NCBI GenBank assembly: GCA_910592345.1
Contig: CAJVPI010000291.1
Span: forward strand, 1-36,516
DNA length: 36,516 bases
Direction of reading: 5' to 3'
Source: Paraglomus brasilianum
Lineage: Eukaryota
Made by a program: the position numbers and the translations under genes. Position 1 is the first letter of the stretch. Each line of letters begins with the position of its first letter. Below, in pieces: positions 34,810-36,516 of the stretch. Below the pieces are notes generated by a model, which was not told the origin of the DNA, made no database searches, and saw only the letters and a list, made by a program, of their open reading frames with translations.

Positions 34810-36239
34810 AGAACAAGAAAGTCAAATACACCATCACAGTATCACGCGAAATTGGAGAACAAGTCATAAGGAAAGCCCAAGTGGATACACAATACATTTT
34901 AAATCTACTGTCAAACTCAGGCAATGTGTCATTTGAAAAGCTGAAATTGCCAGTCAATTTTCATCAGCTGCCATGCACAAGTGAAAGTGATCTCCAGGTG
35001 AAATTTTTCAATCACTGCCAGAACAGATGAAACCATGGGGAATTCGAGACACATCAGTTGAAGGCTATCTCAAGGATCCAATTGGCAAGATTGATTTTAC
35101 AATAATTCAAGGAAACATGGTTTCATGGGTGCATGTTGTTTCTCTAATTGAAGTTAAGTCTACCTTGAATAGCAAAACCAGTCACTGTGAAGCACTTGGA
35201 CAGCTCATAGACAGATTTACAACTATTTTTGACTTACAAAAAATTGACCATTCATTATTGGAGCTTTTTGTGGAGACTCAAAAGTTGAATTTATGTGGCA
35301 GAATCGAGAGAGGAACATCAAGTGATCAGACTTATTAGATCTGAGTTTTACCAGTCAAACAATAGGGATGGATATGCTTCTAAGCATGGTGACTGCATCA
35401 CAAGTGCAAGATCATAAGGCAGCAGTTAGCTCTGTTAGTCATTTCAGTCCTGAGTCTGTCCTTTGACCAGCAGTCAATGAACAAGGATCTTTTGTCCTTA
35501 GTGGATTTATGAATGACAATCATGTTGTCCTCAAGGTTTGTGATATTGATCATGAAATAAACATACTTCATCATCTTCTACTTCATGAATATGATTTCAT
35601 TCCCAAGGTTATCAAATTTGGAAACCTTCCTGAGAACAAAAAGTAGGCATTGACTTGTGCTCAGATTTTTATTGATATTAATTGTATATTAATATTTAAT
35701 ATTTAATAATGTAGATACATGGTAATGACACCTTTTGGTGAACATCTTGATGTTGGTAAACATGGCTGGCATGGAATTCTCAAAGCTTTTCAAGATGTTG
35801 CTGAAGCTATGAAGTTTGCCAGTAACTATGGCATCCTACATTGTGACATTTCATATGGAAATATTGTATTCCATGAACAACATAGCTATCTCATAGACTG
35901 GGGTGTTGCAGTAGTAGGATCACTAGAAGTGGAAGATGCCTTAACTGGTACCACACAGTTTCCTCTGTAAATATAAAGGTGTGTGATTCTTCAAGTTGCA
36001 TTATGTATATATTGCTTGCAATCTTATACCTAATACTAATACCCTCTTCATTTTTCAGGTTACAACTAAATTGCATGAGAAAAAAAAAGTTCACTCACAC
36101 ACTTGATGATGACATTGAATCTCTCTTTTATACATTTCTATATGTAGCATGTGATGGTGTGCTCAAGTGGAAGAAAGGTCTAGGAAGCATGGATTCAGTT
36201 GCAGCAATAAAATTTACACAATATATTAATAGACATTGA
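34810..36239 (+). pseudogene. FunK1-like (fungal-type) protein kinase pseudogene with an N-terminal nuclease-like segment
   Basis: KIDFTII..LIEVKS..EALGQL, VVLK, EINIL, GILHCDISYGNI, YLIDWGVA, TGT, HTLDDDIESLFY. Frameshifts and in-frame TGA at 35323 and 35464. No CG from 35307 to 36351. The start is not defined. Confidence 0.85.
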
Positions 36240-36516
36240 TGCAGTTATTAGGGTGTTTGACATTAAGTAGCTATTCAGCATGAGAGGAAAAAGGGAACAG
36301 AAGAGGGAAATGGACTAGTTACAACACTCTTTTAATCTTTATCATGTAAATCGTGATTTTTTTGCTTCTTCAGATGCAATGATACAACTTGCTGTCAATC
36401 TATTGCTTTTGATGCATCAGGTGAGTTTCTGCTAACAATTGTTACGACGAGTCGGTCTGATGAATCAGTCGATGAAGTCATGTGATAAAATCTTCCTCCG
36501 CAGTCAAAATACTACC

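Overview
Eukaryotic, intron-rich fungal DNA. The gene and transposon families most resemble Glomeromycotina/Mucoromycota (inference). Four conserved genes can be spliced by eye: a GVP36-like BAR protein, COG3, an Ime2/MAK-type kinase and EB1/BIM1. Accessory compartments lie between them. These hold two apparently intact PD-(D/E)XK nuclease-fold (Crinkler/Uma2-like) genes, nested DNA-transposon relics (Tc1/IS630-like, pogo-like, MITEs, Sola-like), a decayed gag-like retroelement, and two intron-containing pseudogenes that each lack CpG over about 1 kb. The most unusual signal is a GC-rich tandem pair of about 80-nt three-way-junction RNA-like units at 11290-11485. They sit on the sense strand just upstream of the 11-exon nuclease-like gene, and the stem differences between the two copies are G-U-compatible only on that strand. 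All calls are by manual reading; no database searches were run.
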